From assembly GCA_031291075.1 (NCBI GenBank), contig JARLJS010000046.1, positions 2,386-66,385 of the forward strand: 64,000 bases of DNA. Direction: 5' to 3'. Source of the stretch: Nevskia sp. (GTDB lineage Bacteria; Pseudomonadota; Gammaproteobacteria; Nevskiales; Nevskiaceae). The translations under genes and the position numbers were made by a program. This document shows positions 1 to 9,957 of this stretch, one piece after another; within the stretch, counting starts at the first letter, position 1, and every line of letters begins with the position of its first letter. The notes under the pieces are model-generated. The model was given only the letters and a program-made list of their open reading frames with translations, did not search any database and had not been told where the DNA came from.

Positions 1-1
1 C

Positions 2-613
2 TTCAACGCCGAACAGGCGCTGACCAAGGATACCGTCCCGGTCAACGTCGACGCGGTCATCTTCTGGCATGTGCAGGACGCCGAAAAAGCCGCGCTGGCC
101 ATCACCAACTTCCGGGAAGCCATCGACCGGGTTGCGCAGACCTCGCTGCGCGAAATGATCGGGTCCTCGATGCTGGCGGCGCTGTTGTCCGACCGCAAGG
201 ACGCCGACGAGCAGCTGAAGAATGAAATCGGTAAAAAAACCGCGCCTTGGGAAATATCGGTAAGCTCCGTGGAAATCCGCGACGTCGCCATCCCGGAAGC
301 CCTGCAGGATGCCATGTCCCGCCAGGCGCAGGCCGAGCGCGAAAAGCAGGCGCGCGTGATCCTGGGATCGGCGGAAGCCGCCATCGCCGGGAAGTTCGTC
401 GAGGCAGCCAATATCTACGCCGGCAATCCCGTGGCGCTGCAGCTGCGGGCGATGAACATCATCTACGAGACCACCAAGGAAAGAGGGGCTACGATCCTGA
501 TGCCGACTTCGATGGTCGACAGCCTCAACCCTTCTGCAACGACCCTGGCGCTGGCGCTCGCGGGCAAAGGGATGCCGGACCCGGATGTGGCCCGGCGTCC
601 GGTCGCCGCCTGA
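2..613 (+). CDS. SPFH/band-7 (stomatin/slipin-like) protein, 5'-truncated by window edge
   Basis: Open frame from base 2 (FNAEQALTKDTVPVNVDAVIFW...) with stomatin-like motifs 'AQTSLREMIG', 'VEIRDV', 'AMSRQAQAERE', 'ALQLR'. Confidence 0.9.
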   Translation, partial: FNAEQALTKDTVPVNVDAVIFWHVQDAEKAALAITNFREAIDRVAQTSLREMIGSSMLAALLSDRKDADEQLKNEIGKKTAPWEISVSSVEIRDVAIPEALQDAMSRQAQAEREKQARVILGSAEAAIAGKFVEAANIYAGNPVALQLRAMNIIYETTKERGATILMPTSMVDSLNPSATTLALALAGKGMPDPDVARRPVAA

Positions 614-850
614 CGGATTGACCACCGGGCGCGCCGGCCGGCGCCAGCGGCGATGCCTGCTCGCCTCGTACTCTCGCGGGAATTCGCCGGCCGGATCGAA
701 TCCGGGCGCCTTCCACACTGCCTCGACGCTGATCATGCATCCTCGCGCAAAGTGATAGATTGACGGCTCACGCCGCCAACACTGCGCCGACCCAGGCAGG
801 AAGTCGCCTGGTCGCCGGCACAGGGGAATGTGGAGTACAGCGAGACCTCC

Positions 851-3571
851 ATGAGAATCCACCAGCTGTCTCCGCTCGATGCCCTCGCGAGCCTGAAGAG
901 CACGGTGGCAGGCCTCAGCGGTGCCGAAGTCGAGCGCCGGCTGCACGAATTCGGCCGCAACGAGGTGGAGAAGGTATCCCGCGGACCGGTGTGGTTGCGT
1001 TTCATCAAGGAATTCACCAGTTTCTTTTCGCTGATCCTGTGGGTTGCCGCGGGGCTGGCTTTCTTTGCCGAGTGGAGCGAGCCCGGCCAGGACATGGCAA
1101 AAGTGGGTTACGACATCGTGACGGTCATCCTGGTGAGCGGGCTGTTTTCCTTCTGGCAGGAGTATCGCGTCGAAAAGACGCTTGCGGCACTGCGCAAGCT
1201 GCTGCCGCAACAGGCCCAGGTACTGCGCGACGGCAAGATCACGCGGGTGCCCGCGGAGCAACTGGTGCCCGGGGATATCGTCCACCTGGAGCAGGGCGAC
1301 AACGTACCCGCGGACTGCCGGCTGATCGAAGCCTTCGGCGCGCGGGTCAACAACTCAGCCGTTACGGGCGAGTCCCTGCCCAAGGCCCGGAACGCCGAGG
1401 CATCCAGCGCGGATGACTTGACCGACAGCAAGAACGTCGTGCTCGCCGGCACCTCGATGGTGACCGGCCAGGCCAAGGGCGTTGTCTTCGCCACCGGGAT
1501 GCACACCGAATTCGGCAAGATCGCGCACCTCACCCAGACGGCCGGAGAGGAAGTCTCGCCGCTGCGGAAGCAAATCGCGCATTTGAGCCGCTTGACCGCA
1601 ATCCTCGCGGTGGCGATCGGCCTGTCGTTCTTCGCGCTGGGCTGGCTGATCGGCATTCCTTTCTGGAAAGCCTTTATCTTCGCGATCGGCATCATCGTCG
1701 CGATGGTGCCGGAAGGCTTGCTCCCCACGTTGACCCTGGCGCTCGTCCTGGCCACCCAGCGCATGGCCAAGCGCAAGGTCCTCATCCGCTACCTGCCCGC
1801 GGTCGAGACGCTCGGCTCCACCACGGTCATCTGCACCGACAAGACCGGCACCCTCACCCAGAACCACATGATGGTGCGGCGGCTCTACCTGGGAGAGACC
1901 TTCGATTCGACGGACGTGGTCAAGCAACAGCCGGGCCTCGCAGATCGATATCGACCGTTCTTCCTCACCGCCCGCATGTGCCACGACCTGAAGGAAACGG
2001 AGAGCCGGGGAAAACCGGCCTTCCTGGGCGATCCGATGGAGATCGCGCTGGTCGAAATGGCGCAGCAACTCGCTTCCGGCCTGCCCGTCTATCCCCGGCT
2101 GGACGAGATTCCGTTCGACGCCGACCGCATGCGGCTGTCCACCGTGCACCAGGCGCCTGAAGGTCCCGCCCTTTACTGCAAGGGTGCGCCCGAGTCGGTG
2201 CTCCCTCTGTGCCGGCACATTCTTGCCGACGGCAGGATCGAGCCCCTTGGCGCCGAGGTCAAGGCAGGCATCGTGCAGGCGCAGGACGCAATGGCGCAGC
2301 GGGGCCTGCGGGTGCTCGCCTTCGCCTTCAGGCAGCTGAGCGCGGGATACGACCGCGGGAAGCTGGAGGAGGACCTGGTGTTTGCCGGGCTGACGGGACT
2401 GGAAGATCCACCCAGGCCCGAAGTGCCGGAAGCCCTGCGCAAATGCCGGGAGGCCGGGATCAAGGTGATCATGGTCACGGGTGATCACCCGCGGACCGCC
2501 GCGGCGATCGCCCGCGAAATCGGGCTGGTAAAGTCTGACAGTCCGACGATCATCACCGGCGAACAGCTCAGGCGGTTCTCGGTCATCGAGCTTCAGCTTG
2601 CCCTGGACGCCCAGGAGATCATCTTCGCGCGGGTCGTGGCCGACCAGAAGATGCGCATCGTGGAGGCGCTGAGGAAGAAGCAACAGATCGTGGCGGTCAC
2701 CGGCGACGGCGTCAACGACGCCCCGGCGTTGAAGGCCGCGCATATCGGCATCGCCATGGGCATCGCCGGCGTCGACGTGGCCAAGGAGGCGGCCGACATG
2801 GTGCTGCTGGACGACAACTTCGCCAGCATCGTGAACGCCGTCGAAGAGGGACGCGCCGTATTCGAAAATATCCGCAAATTCCTCACCTACGTCCTGGTCC
2901 ACAATGTTGCGGAGCTGATCCCTTACCTGGGCTTCCTGCTGTTCAAGATTCCCCTGGCGCTGACGCCGGTTCAGGCGCTGTCCATCGACATGGGATCCGA
3001 CACGCTGACCGCCCTTGGCCTGGGCGTCGAACGCCCCGACCCGCAGATCATGCGCCGTCCACCCCGCCCCTACGACGAGCGGCTGATGAACTGGTCCCTG
3101 GCGTTCCGCAGCTATCTCTTCCTGGGACTGATCGAGGCGGCCACCGCCATGGCGGCCTTCTTCATGGTTCTCCACCGCGCCGGGTGGAAGTATGGTCAGA
3201 CCCTCGCGGCCCGGGACCCCGTGTACCTGCAGGCCACCACCGCCTGCCTGGGCGCCATCATCCTGATGCAGATCGTGAACGTGTTCCTGTGCAGAAGCGC
3301 GACCCGATCGGTGCTTTCGACCGGCCTGCTGGGCAATCCGCTGATTCTTTGGGGCCTGATACCGGAAATCGGCAGCCTCCTGCTGATCGCCTACACGCCC
3401 TGGGGAAATTCCCTGCTTGGAACCGCACCTGTCGGAGCCGGAGTCTGGGCGTTCGTCATGCCTTTTGCGGCGGGCATGGTCGTGCTGGAAGAACTGCGCA
3501 AGTGGCTTGCGCGCAGGCGCTTGTTCAATCCTTCCGCCGCGGCCGTGTCCGAATCGGCCCAGGCTGCGTAG
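851..3571 (+). CDS. Cation-transporting P-type ATPase (type II)
   Basis: TGES, PEGL, DKTGT phosphorylation site, KGAPE, MVTGD and GDGVND motifs. Start placed at ATG 851 (MRIHQL); the ORF track starts at 830. Confidence 0.95.
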   Translation: MRIHQLSPLDALASLKSTVAGLSGAEVERRLHEFGRNEVEKVSRGPVWLRFIKEFTSFFSLILWVAAGLAFFAEWSEPGQDMAKVGYDIVTVILVSGLFSFWQEYRVEKTLAALRKLLPQQAQVLRDGKITRVPAEQLVPGDIVHLEQGDNVPADCRLIEAFGARVNNSAVTGESLPKARNAEASSADDLTDSKNVVLAGTSMVTGQAKGVVFATGMHTEFGKIAHLTQTAGEEVSPLRKQIAHLSRLTAILAVAIGLSFFALGWLIGIPFWKAFIFAIGIIVAMVPEGLLPTLTLALVLATQRMAKRKVLIRYLPAVETLGSTTVICTDKTGTLTQNHMMVRRLYLGETFDSTDVVKQQPGLADRYRPFFLTARMCHDLKETESRGKPAFLGDPMEIALVEMAQQLASGLPVYPRLDEIPFDADRMRLSTVHQAPEGPALYCKGAPESVLPLCRHILADGRIEPLGAEVKAGIVQAQDAMAQRGLRVLAFAFRQLSAGYDRGKLEEDLVFAGLTGLEDPPRPEVPEALRKCREAGIKVIMVTGDHPRTAAAIAREIGLVKSDSPTIITGEQLRRFSVIELQLALDAQEIIFARVVADQKMRIVEALRKKQQIVAVTGDGVNDAPALKAAHIGIAMGIAGVDVAKEAADMVLLDDNFASIVNAVEEGRAVFENIRKFLTYVLVHNVAELIPYLGFLLFKIPLALTPVQALSIDMGSDTLTALGLGVERPDPQIMRRPPRPYDERLMNWSLAFRSYLFLGLIEAATAMAAFFMVLHRAGWKYGQTLAARDPVYLQATTACLGAIILMQIVNVFLCRSATRSVLSTGLLGNPLILWGLIPEIGSLLLIAYTPWGNSLLGTAPVGAGVWAFVMPFAAGMVVLEELRKWLARRRLFNPSAAAVSESAQAA

Positions 3572-3604
3572 CCATGCTGTAGCAGGACTACAAGCATTAC
3601 AAGG

Positions 3605-4564
3605 TCACTTTTTGGCAGATGCCTCGACTCGGCCATGAACTGCCGTGGATGCCGCGGCATCGGTCGCCCCGCCCTGGGAATCACTTGCAGGGACGAACTT
3701 GCGGGACCGCATCCACTTCGTCACGATCCATTTCTCGCCACGGATGACCGGTGCACCGCCGTGCGCCGAGCGCAGGTCCACCTGCATACGGCTATTGGTG
3801 TATTCGAAGTAGAGCCCGTTGCCCCGGCGGGGCACGACCGACAGCCCCGCCTCGGGGAACAGCGTCTCGCCTCCCTCGATCACGTCGTTGAGATAGACGA
3901 TGAGCGTGCTGATGCGCTGGCCGCTGCGCGCGATGGAGCGCGAGCTGGCAGGGCTGGACGGAACCAGGAAGTCGAAATGCGGAGGATACTGGCCACCGGG
4001 ACCGTAGTGCAGCACCTGCAGCCCCTCGCCGCTCTCCGCCGGGCAGTTCATGATCACCGCAAGGCGTTCGTCGATCTGCGCGATGAACGGGTTCTCCCGC
4101 AGGCGGAAAAACATGCCCTCGCTGCTGCGGCGGTCGACGGTGACATCGGCGCCGGTCGGCGCATCGATCACGGTGGACCGCCGTAGCCGCGGCCGTGCCA
4201 TGCCGATCAGCCGCTCGCATTCCTCGTCGCTCAGCACACGCTCCAGCGTCGCGAGGACGGGACTCTGCAGCCGTTGCAGGACGCGGATCTCGCGGTCACA
4301 CGCGCGAATGACGTGCCCCGGCGCTATGCGTGGGGCCTCATACACATAGCGCGGCGCCTCCATATCGAGCCTGACTTTAAGTTCAGGCAGAGGTCGGCCG
4401 CCGGCCTGCGCGCTGATGAAGGCGTCGATCAGGCCACCCGCGACGGCCGGGTCGAAATTCCTGCTGACCAGGGCTTCGATCATCGCGGCGGGCGGTGCAC
4501 CGCGCGCCAGGTTGTCGGCGATCCAGGCCCGCAGGCCGATGGACAGGTTGACGTTGATCGCCAT
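3605..4564 (-). CDS. 2OG-Fe(II) oxygenase, prolyl 4-hydroxylase-like
   Basis: 'EGLQVLHY..GG.Y.PHFD' (HxD), 'LIVYLNDV.EGGET.FP', distal His in 'HGG', and 'KW..TKW'. Confidence 0.9.
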   Translation of the reverse strand: MAINVNLSIGLRAWIADNLARGAPPAAMIEALVSRNFDPAVAGGLIDAFISAQAGGRPLPELKVRLDMEAPRYVYEAPRIAPGHVIRACDREIRVLQRLQSPVLATLERVLSDEECERLIGMARPRLRRSTVIDAPTGADVTVDRRSSEGMFFRLRENPFIAQIDERLAVIMNCPAESGEGLQVLHYGPGGQYPPHFDFLVPSSPASSRSIARSGQRISTLIVYLNDVIEGGETLFPEAGLSVVPRRGNGLYFEYTNSRMQVDLRSAHGGAPVIRGEKWIVTKWMRSRKFVPASDSQGGATDAAASTAVHGRVEASAKK

Positions 4565-4708
4565 GACGATGTTTTACGCGATCAGCATGACGCCGCGATT
4601 GCAATCCTATTGCACCGTTTCTCGTTCGCATTGTGTCCACATGCGCATGAACTCCGAAGTGACGAGTACGAGCGAAACACGCGCATGCGGCGCACTGCAG
4701 CGTATGCG

Positions 4709-4747
4709 GTACACGCACGAATCACGAATCCTTAACCAAGGGTTCAC
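4709..4747 (+). promoter_or_regulatory. Candidate OmpR/PhoB-type direct-repeat box
   Basis: Pentamers TACAC (4710), ATCAC (4721), TTAAC (4732) and TTCAC (4743) at an exact 11-bp period, upstream of a phosphatase operon. Confidence 0.3.
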
Positions 4748-4880
4748 CGGGACCTTCTAGCATCGCTGGCGGTCGCCCCGCGCGTGTTGACAAAAATGCA
4801 CGCACCTCATGCGCGGATGCGGTAGGTGACCGATAGCTCCTTGCTCTTGCCCCCGGTCTTCAATCCAATGAGGTCTTGAA

Positions 4881-5501
4881 ATGAACTTCTTCGTTAAGGC
4901 GGCGGTCGTCGCTGCGGCCCTCGGCGCCAGCGGCGCGGCGAGCGCCGACTTCTTCAGTTTCTCCTACACGTTTGCGGATGGCCAGGAAGTCACTGGCTCC
5001 TTCACCGGCACCGCCAACAATGGCGGCCAGTCGGCGACTAACATCAGCAACCTCCAGTTGGCGCTGAACAGCATCGCCTTCGCGCCCGTCACCTCCGGCG
5101 GCGTCACCTACGGCAATGCGACGCTGCAGGCCAACACCTGGAATCCAACCCTGGTGGCGTTCGATGACACGACCCCGGTGACGATCTACGCCAACGGTGC
5201 GCTCAACAATTTCGTGATCTCCGACGTCGATGCGGCGACCAATACCTCGCCGGACTACGAGTTTGCGTACATCAACGATTCGCCCAACGGCCTCTACCAG
5301 GCGGTCGCCGCCAACTTCCTGCAGAGCGACTCCTTCAGCACCGCCGAGGGCAATGCCACGCAGCTGGCCCTCGACTCCCCCGGCAACGCCACCAACTGGA
5401 CGCTGACCGACCAGACCCCGGTCCCGGTTCCGGCGGCCCTGCCGCTGCTGGTCTCGGGTCTGGGCCTGCTCGGCTTCGCCGGCCGCCGCCGCGCCACCTG
5501 A
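4881..5501 (+). CDS. Secreted VPLPA-CTERM (PEP-CTERM-like) exosortase-target protein
   Basis: N-terminal signal peptide; C-terminus 'PVPVPAALPLLVSGLGLLGFAGRRRAT' (sorting motif, TM helix, basic tail). Confidence 0.9.
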   Translation: MNFFVKAAVVAAALGASGAASADFFSFSYTFADGQEVTGSFTGTANNGGQSATNISNLQLALNSIAFAPVTSGGVTYGNATLQANTWNPTLVAFDDTTPVTIYANGALNNFVISDVDAATNTSPDYEFAYINDSPNGLYQAVAANFLQSDSFSTAEGNATQLALDSPGNATNWTLTDQTPVPVPAALPLLVSGLGLLGFAGRRRAT

Positions 5502-5543
5502 TCCGATCATACTTCCAACGCATTCATTCAGGGAGAACTGAAC

Positions 5544-7802
5544 ATGCAGTCTCACATCAAGATATTTCGCCGCACGCGGATCGCAACCGCCATCGCCGGC
5601 ACACTCGCGCTGTGCTCCACTTCCGCCTTCGCTTCCGTGTCCATAGTCAAGGGCGTGGTCGGTGGCGCCTACTTCACCCCGCCGGTCTTCGCCGACACCG
5701 CGGCAGCCTCCTCGGGCGCCAGCATGGTGGCTTCGGTGTACGCCGGGGCCCGGGTCTGCTTCGACCTGAACGGCAACGGCGCCTGCGACGCCGGCGAGCC
5801 GCGCACGACCACCGCCTCCGACGGCAGCTTCCAGCTGTCCAGCTCGACCCTCGCGCCGCTGGTGGCCGAGATCAGCACCAGCGCCACCAACAACGGCAAT
5901 CCGATCGCCAGCCGCAACGTATTCCGCGTCCATCCGACCCAGATTTCGGCCTCGACCGTGAATCCGCTGCTGCCCGCCACGGTATACGTCACCCCGCTGT
6001 CCACCGAAGTCGCACTGGCCATCGAGAACCAGGGTCTGAGTTACACGCAGGCCGCGGCCAACCTGGCCCAGCGCATCGGCGTCTCCTCCGCCGACGTGCT
6101 GAAGGCGCCCACCAAGATCACGAACTCCGCCGAACTGCCGGCCGTCCTGAAGGAGTCGGTGATCGCCCAAGGCCGCCTCGAGCTGGCGGCCAAGTTCGTC
6201 GACCGCGGCGACACCGTCGGCGAGCTGCGCGGCAACTTCGACTGCCCGGCCGTCGCCAGCTTCGATCCCACCAATGCGGACGCCTGCACCGGTTCGGACC
6301 TGAACACCGTCGCCATCCCGGCCGCCCAGGAATGGGCCTACAACCTGGAAGGCATGCCGCAATACGACTATGTCTTCGTCATCATCGAGGAGAACGAGTC
6401 GCTGAGCAGCGTCAAGGGCGCCGCCGGCATTCCGTACATCAACGCATTCCTCAATGCCGGCAGCCAGTTCTACAACTACTTCTCCACCAGCGCCCCGAGC
6501 GAGCCCAACTACCTGGCCCTGGGAGGCGCGGATGACTGGGGCCAGACCAGCGATGAGGGCATTCCATACCCGGCCATCACCGGTGTGCGCGCCAACCTGT
6601 TCAACGAGTTCGACGCCAAGGGGCTGAGCTGGCACATCTACGAGGAATCGCTGTGGCCCTCGCCGGCGGGCAGCCAGTCGAACCCGGGCGCCGCCAAATG
6701 GAACACCGCTACCGGCGGCGTCTGGTTCGACAATCCGGCCGAAAGCTCGATCAAGGGGTCGGACGGCAGCACCTATCCGTCCGGGATCCGCGCCGTCAAG
6801 CACCACCCGGCCGTCTGGTACGCGGACGCCGCGGCCCAGCCGGACTTCCTGTCCAACAACCGCTCCATCGCCGGCACCGGCACCGACGTGAACGGCAACG
6901 CCATCCCGTACGCTTTCGGCTCGACCAGATACGGCTCGGTTCCGACCGCCACGGGCGACTGGGACGCCGCGCTGCAGACCTACGCGACCACGAACAACAT
7001 CACCTCGTGGTGGAGCGGCAATACCCAGCCCTGGGTCATCGACCAGTTCAAGCAAGACCTGCAGACCGGGAACGTGGCCAACTACAACTTCATCGTCCCG
7101 GACCAGGACGACGACATGCACAATACCGGCGTGACGTCCCGTTCCGACTACTTCTTCGCGAATGCGGTAGCGAAGATCGAGTCCTCTGCGCTGTGGAATG
7201 ACCCGACCAAGCGCGTCGCCATCGTGGTCACCTTCGATGAAGGCGAAGCGAGCGGCACGCCGCTGGCCTGCTGCGGCTGGAACCCCGCCCGCGGCGGCGC
7301 CAAGGCCGCCCCGGTGGCGGTGAGCGCCAACGGCACGGTCTCGACGGCGCCCGCCGTTTCGGGCACCGAGGCCTACAACGGCGCCGCCTATAGCTCCACC
7401 TACGCCAACGGCAACAAGGGCCACGGTGTGACGATGTTCGGTCTGCTGACCAACCAGCAGGTCCTGGGCAATGCGCCGCACGGCAACTACGATACCGACT
7501 ACTACAGTCACTTCTCGTTCGTGCGCACGCTGCAGGACATCTTCGGCCTGTCCGATCCGGGCCAGCCGGGCACCTACGCCAACCGCTCCAAGTACACGGA
7601 GAACTTCATCGAGCAGAACGCGGCGTTGCTGCCGGAGTTTACCGGTAGCGCCAACCCGCACTTCGACGGGGTGCGTGCGATGAATCACGTGTACCAGTTC
7701 CCGGCGGGCGTGACCCGGGTTTCCGGCCAGGGCGGGGTTACCCCTCCCGTGACGACCGGCCCGGATGCAAGCCAGGTCAACCTCTGGGCAGTTCATAACT
7801 AA
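5544..7802 (+). CDS. Secreted phosphoesterase (acid phosphatase/phospholipase C superfamily) with N-terminal extension
   Basis: Signal peptide; 'VFVIIEENES', 'PSEPNY', 'KHHP', 'FIVPDQDDDMH', 'VTFDEG' and 'HFSFVRTLQDIFGL' motifs. Confidence 0.85.
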   Translation: MQSHIKIFRRTRIATAIAGTLALCSTSAFASVSIVKGVVGGAYFTPPVFADTAAASSGASMVASVYAGARVCFDLNGNGACDAGEPRTTTASDGSFQLSSSTLAPLVAEISTSATNNGNPIASRNVFRVHPTQISASTVNPLLPATVYVTPLSTEVALAIENQGLSYTQAAANLAQRIGVSSADVLKAPTKITNSAELPAVLKESVIAQGRLELAAKFVDRGDTVGELRGNFDCPAVASFDPTNADACTGSDLNTVAIPAAQEWAYNLEGMPQYDYVFVIIEENESLSSVKGAAGIPYINAFLNAGSQFYNYFSTSAPSEPNYLALGGADDWGQTSDEGIPYPAITGVRANLFNEFDAKGLSWHIYEESLWPSPAGSQSNPGAAKWNTATGGVWFDNPAESSIKGSDGSTYPSGIRAVKHHPAVWYADAAAQPDFLSNNRSIAGTGTDVNGNAIPYAFGSTRYGSVPTATGDWDAALQTYATTNNITSWWSGNTQPWVIDQFKQDLQTGNVANYNFIVPDQDDDMHNTGVTSRSDYFFANAVAKIESSALWNDPTKRVAIVVTFDEGEASGTPLACCGWNPARGGAKAAPVAVSANGTVSTAPAVSGTEAYNGAAYSSTYANGNKGHGVTMFGLLTNQQVLGNAPHGNYDTDYYSHFSFVRTLQDIFGLSDPGQPGTYANRSKYTENFIEQNAALLPEFTGSANPHFDGVRAMNHVYQFPAGVTRVSGQGGVTPPVTTGPDASQVNLWAVHN

Positions 7803-7810
7803 GCCGCAAG

Positions 7811-7839
7811 CCGGCCGGCGGGGCGCCCCCGCCGGCCGG
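7811..7839 (+). terminator. GC-rich intergenic hairpin (terminator or mRNA-stabilising element)
   Basis: CCGGCCGGCGGGG-cgc-CCCCGCCGGCCGG, a 13-bp perfect stem just after the phosphoesterase stop; no U tract. Confidence 0.5.
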
Positions 7840-7939
7840 TGATGCGGACTTCGGATCGGCAAAGCAAGGGCCGGCCGTTTGGCCGGCCCTCATTCGTAAA
7901 GGAATTTCAGAGAATTTTTCGGGATTTCGGGAGGACGTC

Positions 7940-9235
7940 GTGTTCAGGAATTCACGCATGTCACGTCGCGTACAGCGCGTGCTCGCCGCTGGCATCTGCG
8001 TCCTTGGCGGCGTGGCGGCCCCAACCTTCGCCCAGTCCACCCTGAGCCTGCAGGCGCAGGTGGGAAAGAAGCTGTTCTTCGACACCAACCTGTCGGCTTC
8101 ACAAAAGATGTCGTGCGCCACCTGCCACGATCCCGGCAACCACTACGCCCAGTCCAATACCCTGTCCGTGCAGCTGGGTGGCCCGACCCTGACCACGCCC
8201 GGCTTCAGAGCCGTGCCGACCTTGACCTACAAAGAGTACACCCCGCCATACAATGACAATGCCGCCAACCCGGACGGCGTCAGCACGAACTCGCCCGGTG
8301 GCGGCTTCACCTGGAGCGGGCGGGCGGACACGCTGGCGCAGCAAGCGGCCATACCGCTGCTGTCCTCGTTCGAGATGGCCAACACCAACGCGGCCGCCGT
8401 GGTGCAGGTGGTGCAGAATGCCAGCTACGCCGGGCTGTTCCAGCAGGCCTATAGCGCGGATGTCTTCAGCAACACGCAGACGGCGTTCACCGATATCGGC
8501 CTGGCGCTGCAGCAGTACCAGCTGGAGGATTCCAGCTTCCACCCCTTCAACAGCAAGTTCGACTACTACGCCCAGCAGGAGCTGTCCAACGGCCAGGTGG
8601 TGACGCTGACGGCGTCCGAGCTGGCGGGCTTCAACGTCTTCACCGATGCCAAGCGCGGCAACTGCTTCGCCTGCCACTACAGCGGTCCGATGACCGGGGG
8701 CGGCCAGTACATGTTCACCGATTTCACCTACGAAGCCATCGGTGTGCCGCGCAACCCCAACATTCCTGCCAATGCCACCAGAATCGGCCTGCCGGCGTAC
8801 TACGACCTGGGACTATGCACGGCGGTGAATCCCGACCCGCAGAACGCTTACGTGATACCGCACATGCTGCCAGGCAGCGCCTCGCTGTGCGGCATGTTCA
8901 AGGTGCCGACGCTGCGCAACACCGCCACGCGCAAGGTCTTCTTCCACAATGGCATATTCAACTCGCTGGCGCAGGTGCTCAGCTGGTACAACACGCGCGA
9001 CACCAATCCGGCGGCGTGGTACCCGACCGTCAAAGGGGTGGTGCAGAAGTTCAACGACATGCCGGCTGCCTATCAGGCCAACATCGATCCCCAGGTTCCG
9101 CTGGATGGCCTGCCGGTCGGTGGCGCGCCGCACATGACCGCCCAGGACCTGCAGAACCTCCAGTGCTTCCTCGAGACCCTGACCGACGGCTATGTGGCGG
9201 GAGTGACCCCGGAAGATCCGAATTGCGCCCATTGA
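7940..9235 (+). CDS. Diheme cytochrome c peroxidase/MauG family (BthA-like)
   Basis: Signal peptide; two CxxCH motifs (CATCH 8114-8128, CFACH 8663-8677); 'WSGRA', 'FKVPTLRN', 'FFHNG'. Confidence 0.9.
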   Translation: MFRNSRMSRRVQRVLAAGICVLGGVAAPTFAQSTLSLQAQVGKKLFFDTNLSASQKMSCATCHDPGNHYAQSNTLSVQLGGPTLTTPGFRAVPTLTYKEYTPPYNDNAANPDGVSTNSPGGGFTWSGRADTLAQQAAIPLLSSFEMANTNAAAVVQVVQNASYAGLFQQAYSADVFSNTQTAFTDIGLALQQYQLEDSSFHPFNSKFDYYAQQELSNGQVVTLTASELAGFNVFTDAKRGNCFACHYSGPMTGGGQYMFTDFTYEAIGVPRNPNIPANATRIGLPAYYDLGLCTAVNPDPQNAYVIPHMLPGSASLCGMFKVPTLRNTATRKVFFHNGIFNSLAQVLSWYNTRDTNPAAWYPTVKGVVQKFNDMPAAYQANIDPQVPLDGLPVGGAPHMTAQDLQNLQCFLETLTDGYVAGVTPEDPNCAH

Positions 9236-9263
9236 AGGACGATGCACACGTTGTGAAGAACCA

Positions 9264-9914
9264 ATGACGAGAACGATGAATACCAAGATGTGGATTTCGG
9301 CGGCCGCGGTCCTGCTCGGATCAGCCGGGCCGGCCTATGCGGACACCGCGCAGCCCAGCCAGCAGGCGCTGACCCTGGCGGTGAAGCAGTACCTCACGGA
9401 CCACGGCGACCTGTGCGTGGGCAAGTCCACCTGGCCGCGGGACCTGACTGCGGAAGACCGGCAGTCCTATAGTAACGACGCGGTCCAGCTGCCGGTGCTG
9501 GAGCGCCTGGGCCTGGTGGAGTCGAAGGAGATCCCGGCGCAGGCTGCCGCCTCCTCCGCGCCGGTCAGGCGCTATTCGCTGACCGCCAAAGGCCGGCAGT
9601 ACTACCTGCAGAAGAAGCGGACCACCCTGGACGTGCACGGCCAGCCGGTCGAGCAGGACGCAGATCTGTGCCTGGCCAGCCTGAGCCTCGACAAAGTGGT
9701 GAAGTGGTCGCCCCCCGAGCAGGTGCACGGCCATCTCGAGACGGTGGTCCGCTACACGTACAGCATCAAGTCCGCGGACTGGATGACGGATCCGGAGGCG
9801 CGCGAGGCTTTCCCGGTCGTGAGCCGGATCATCCGTGGGCAGAACAACCTGCTGATGAGCGTGAACGTGCGGCTACAGGACGGCAGGTGGATGCCGGTGC
9901 TGCCCGGCCAGTGA
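9264..9914 (+). CDS. Secreted hypothetical protein
   Basis: Signal peptide (…GPAYA|DT), host-like codon usage, 28 bp after the peroxidase stop. Confidence 0.75.
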   Translation: MTRTMNTKMWISAAAVLLGSAGPAYADTAQPSQQALTLAVKQYLTDHGDLCVGKSTWPRDLTAEDRQSYSNDAVQLPVLERLGLVESKEIPAQAAASSAPVRRYSLTAKGRQYYLQKKRTTLDVHGQPVEQDADLCLASLSLDKVVKWSPPEQVHGHLETVVRYTYSIKSADWMTDPEAREAFPVVSRIIRGQNNLLMSVNVRLQDGRWMPVLPGQ

Positions 9915-9933
9915 CGCTCGAGCAACTGGCCTG

Positions 9934-9957
9934 CATTCCGGCGCAAGCCGAATCCAG
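9934..9957. repeat. Degenerate REP-like palindrome
   Basis: CATTCCGGCGCAAGCCGAATCCAG, similar to CGTCATGCCGGCGCAAGCCGGTATCCAG at 59178-59205. Confidence 0.6.

Noticed and set aside
4860-7862. 1000-aa minus-strand ORF, and similar long shadows (1355-3175, 26623-27987, 55484-57616, 61275-63509)
   Set aside because: They are antisense to well-supported genes; high GC3 suppresses stops on the opposite strand; no motifs.
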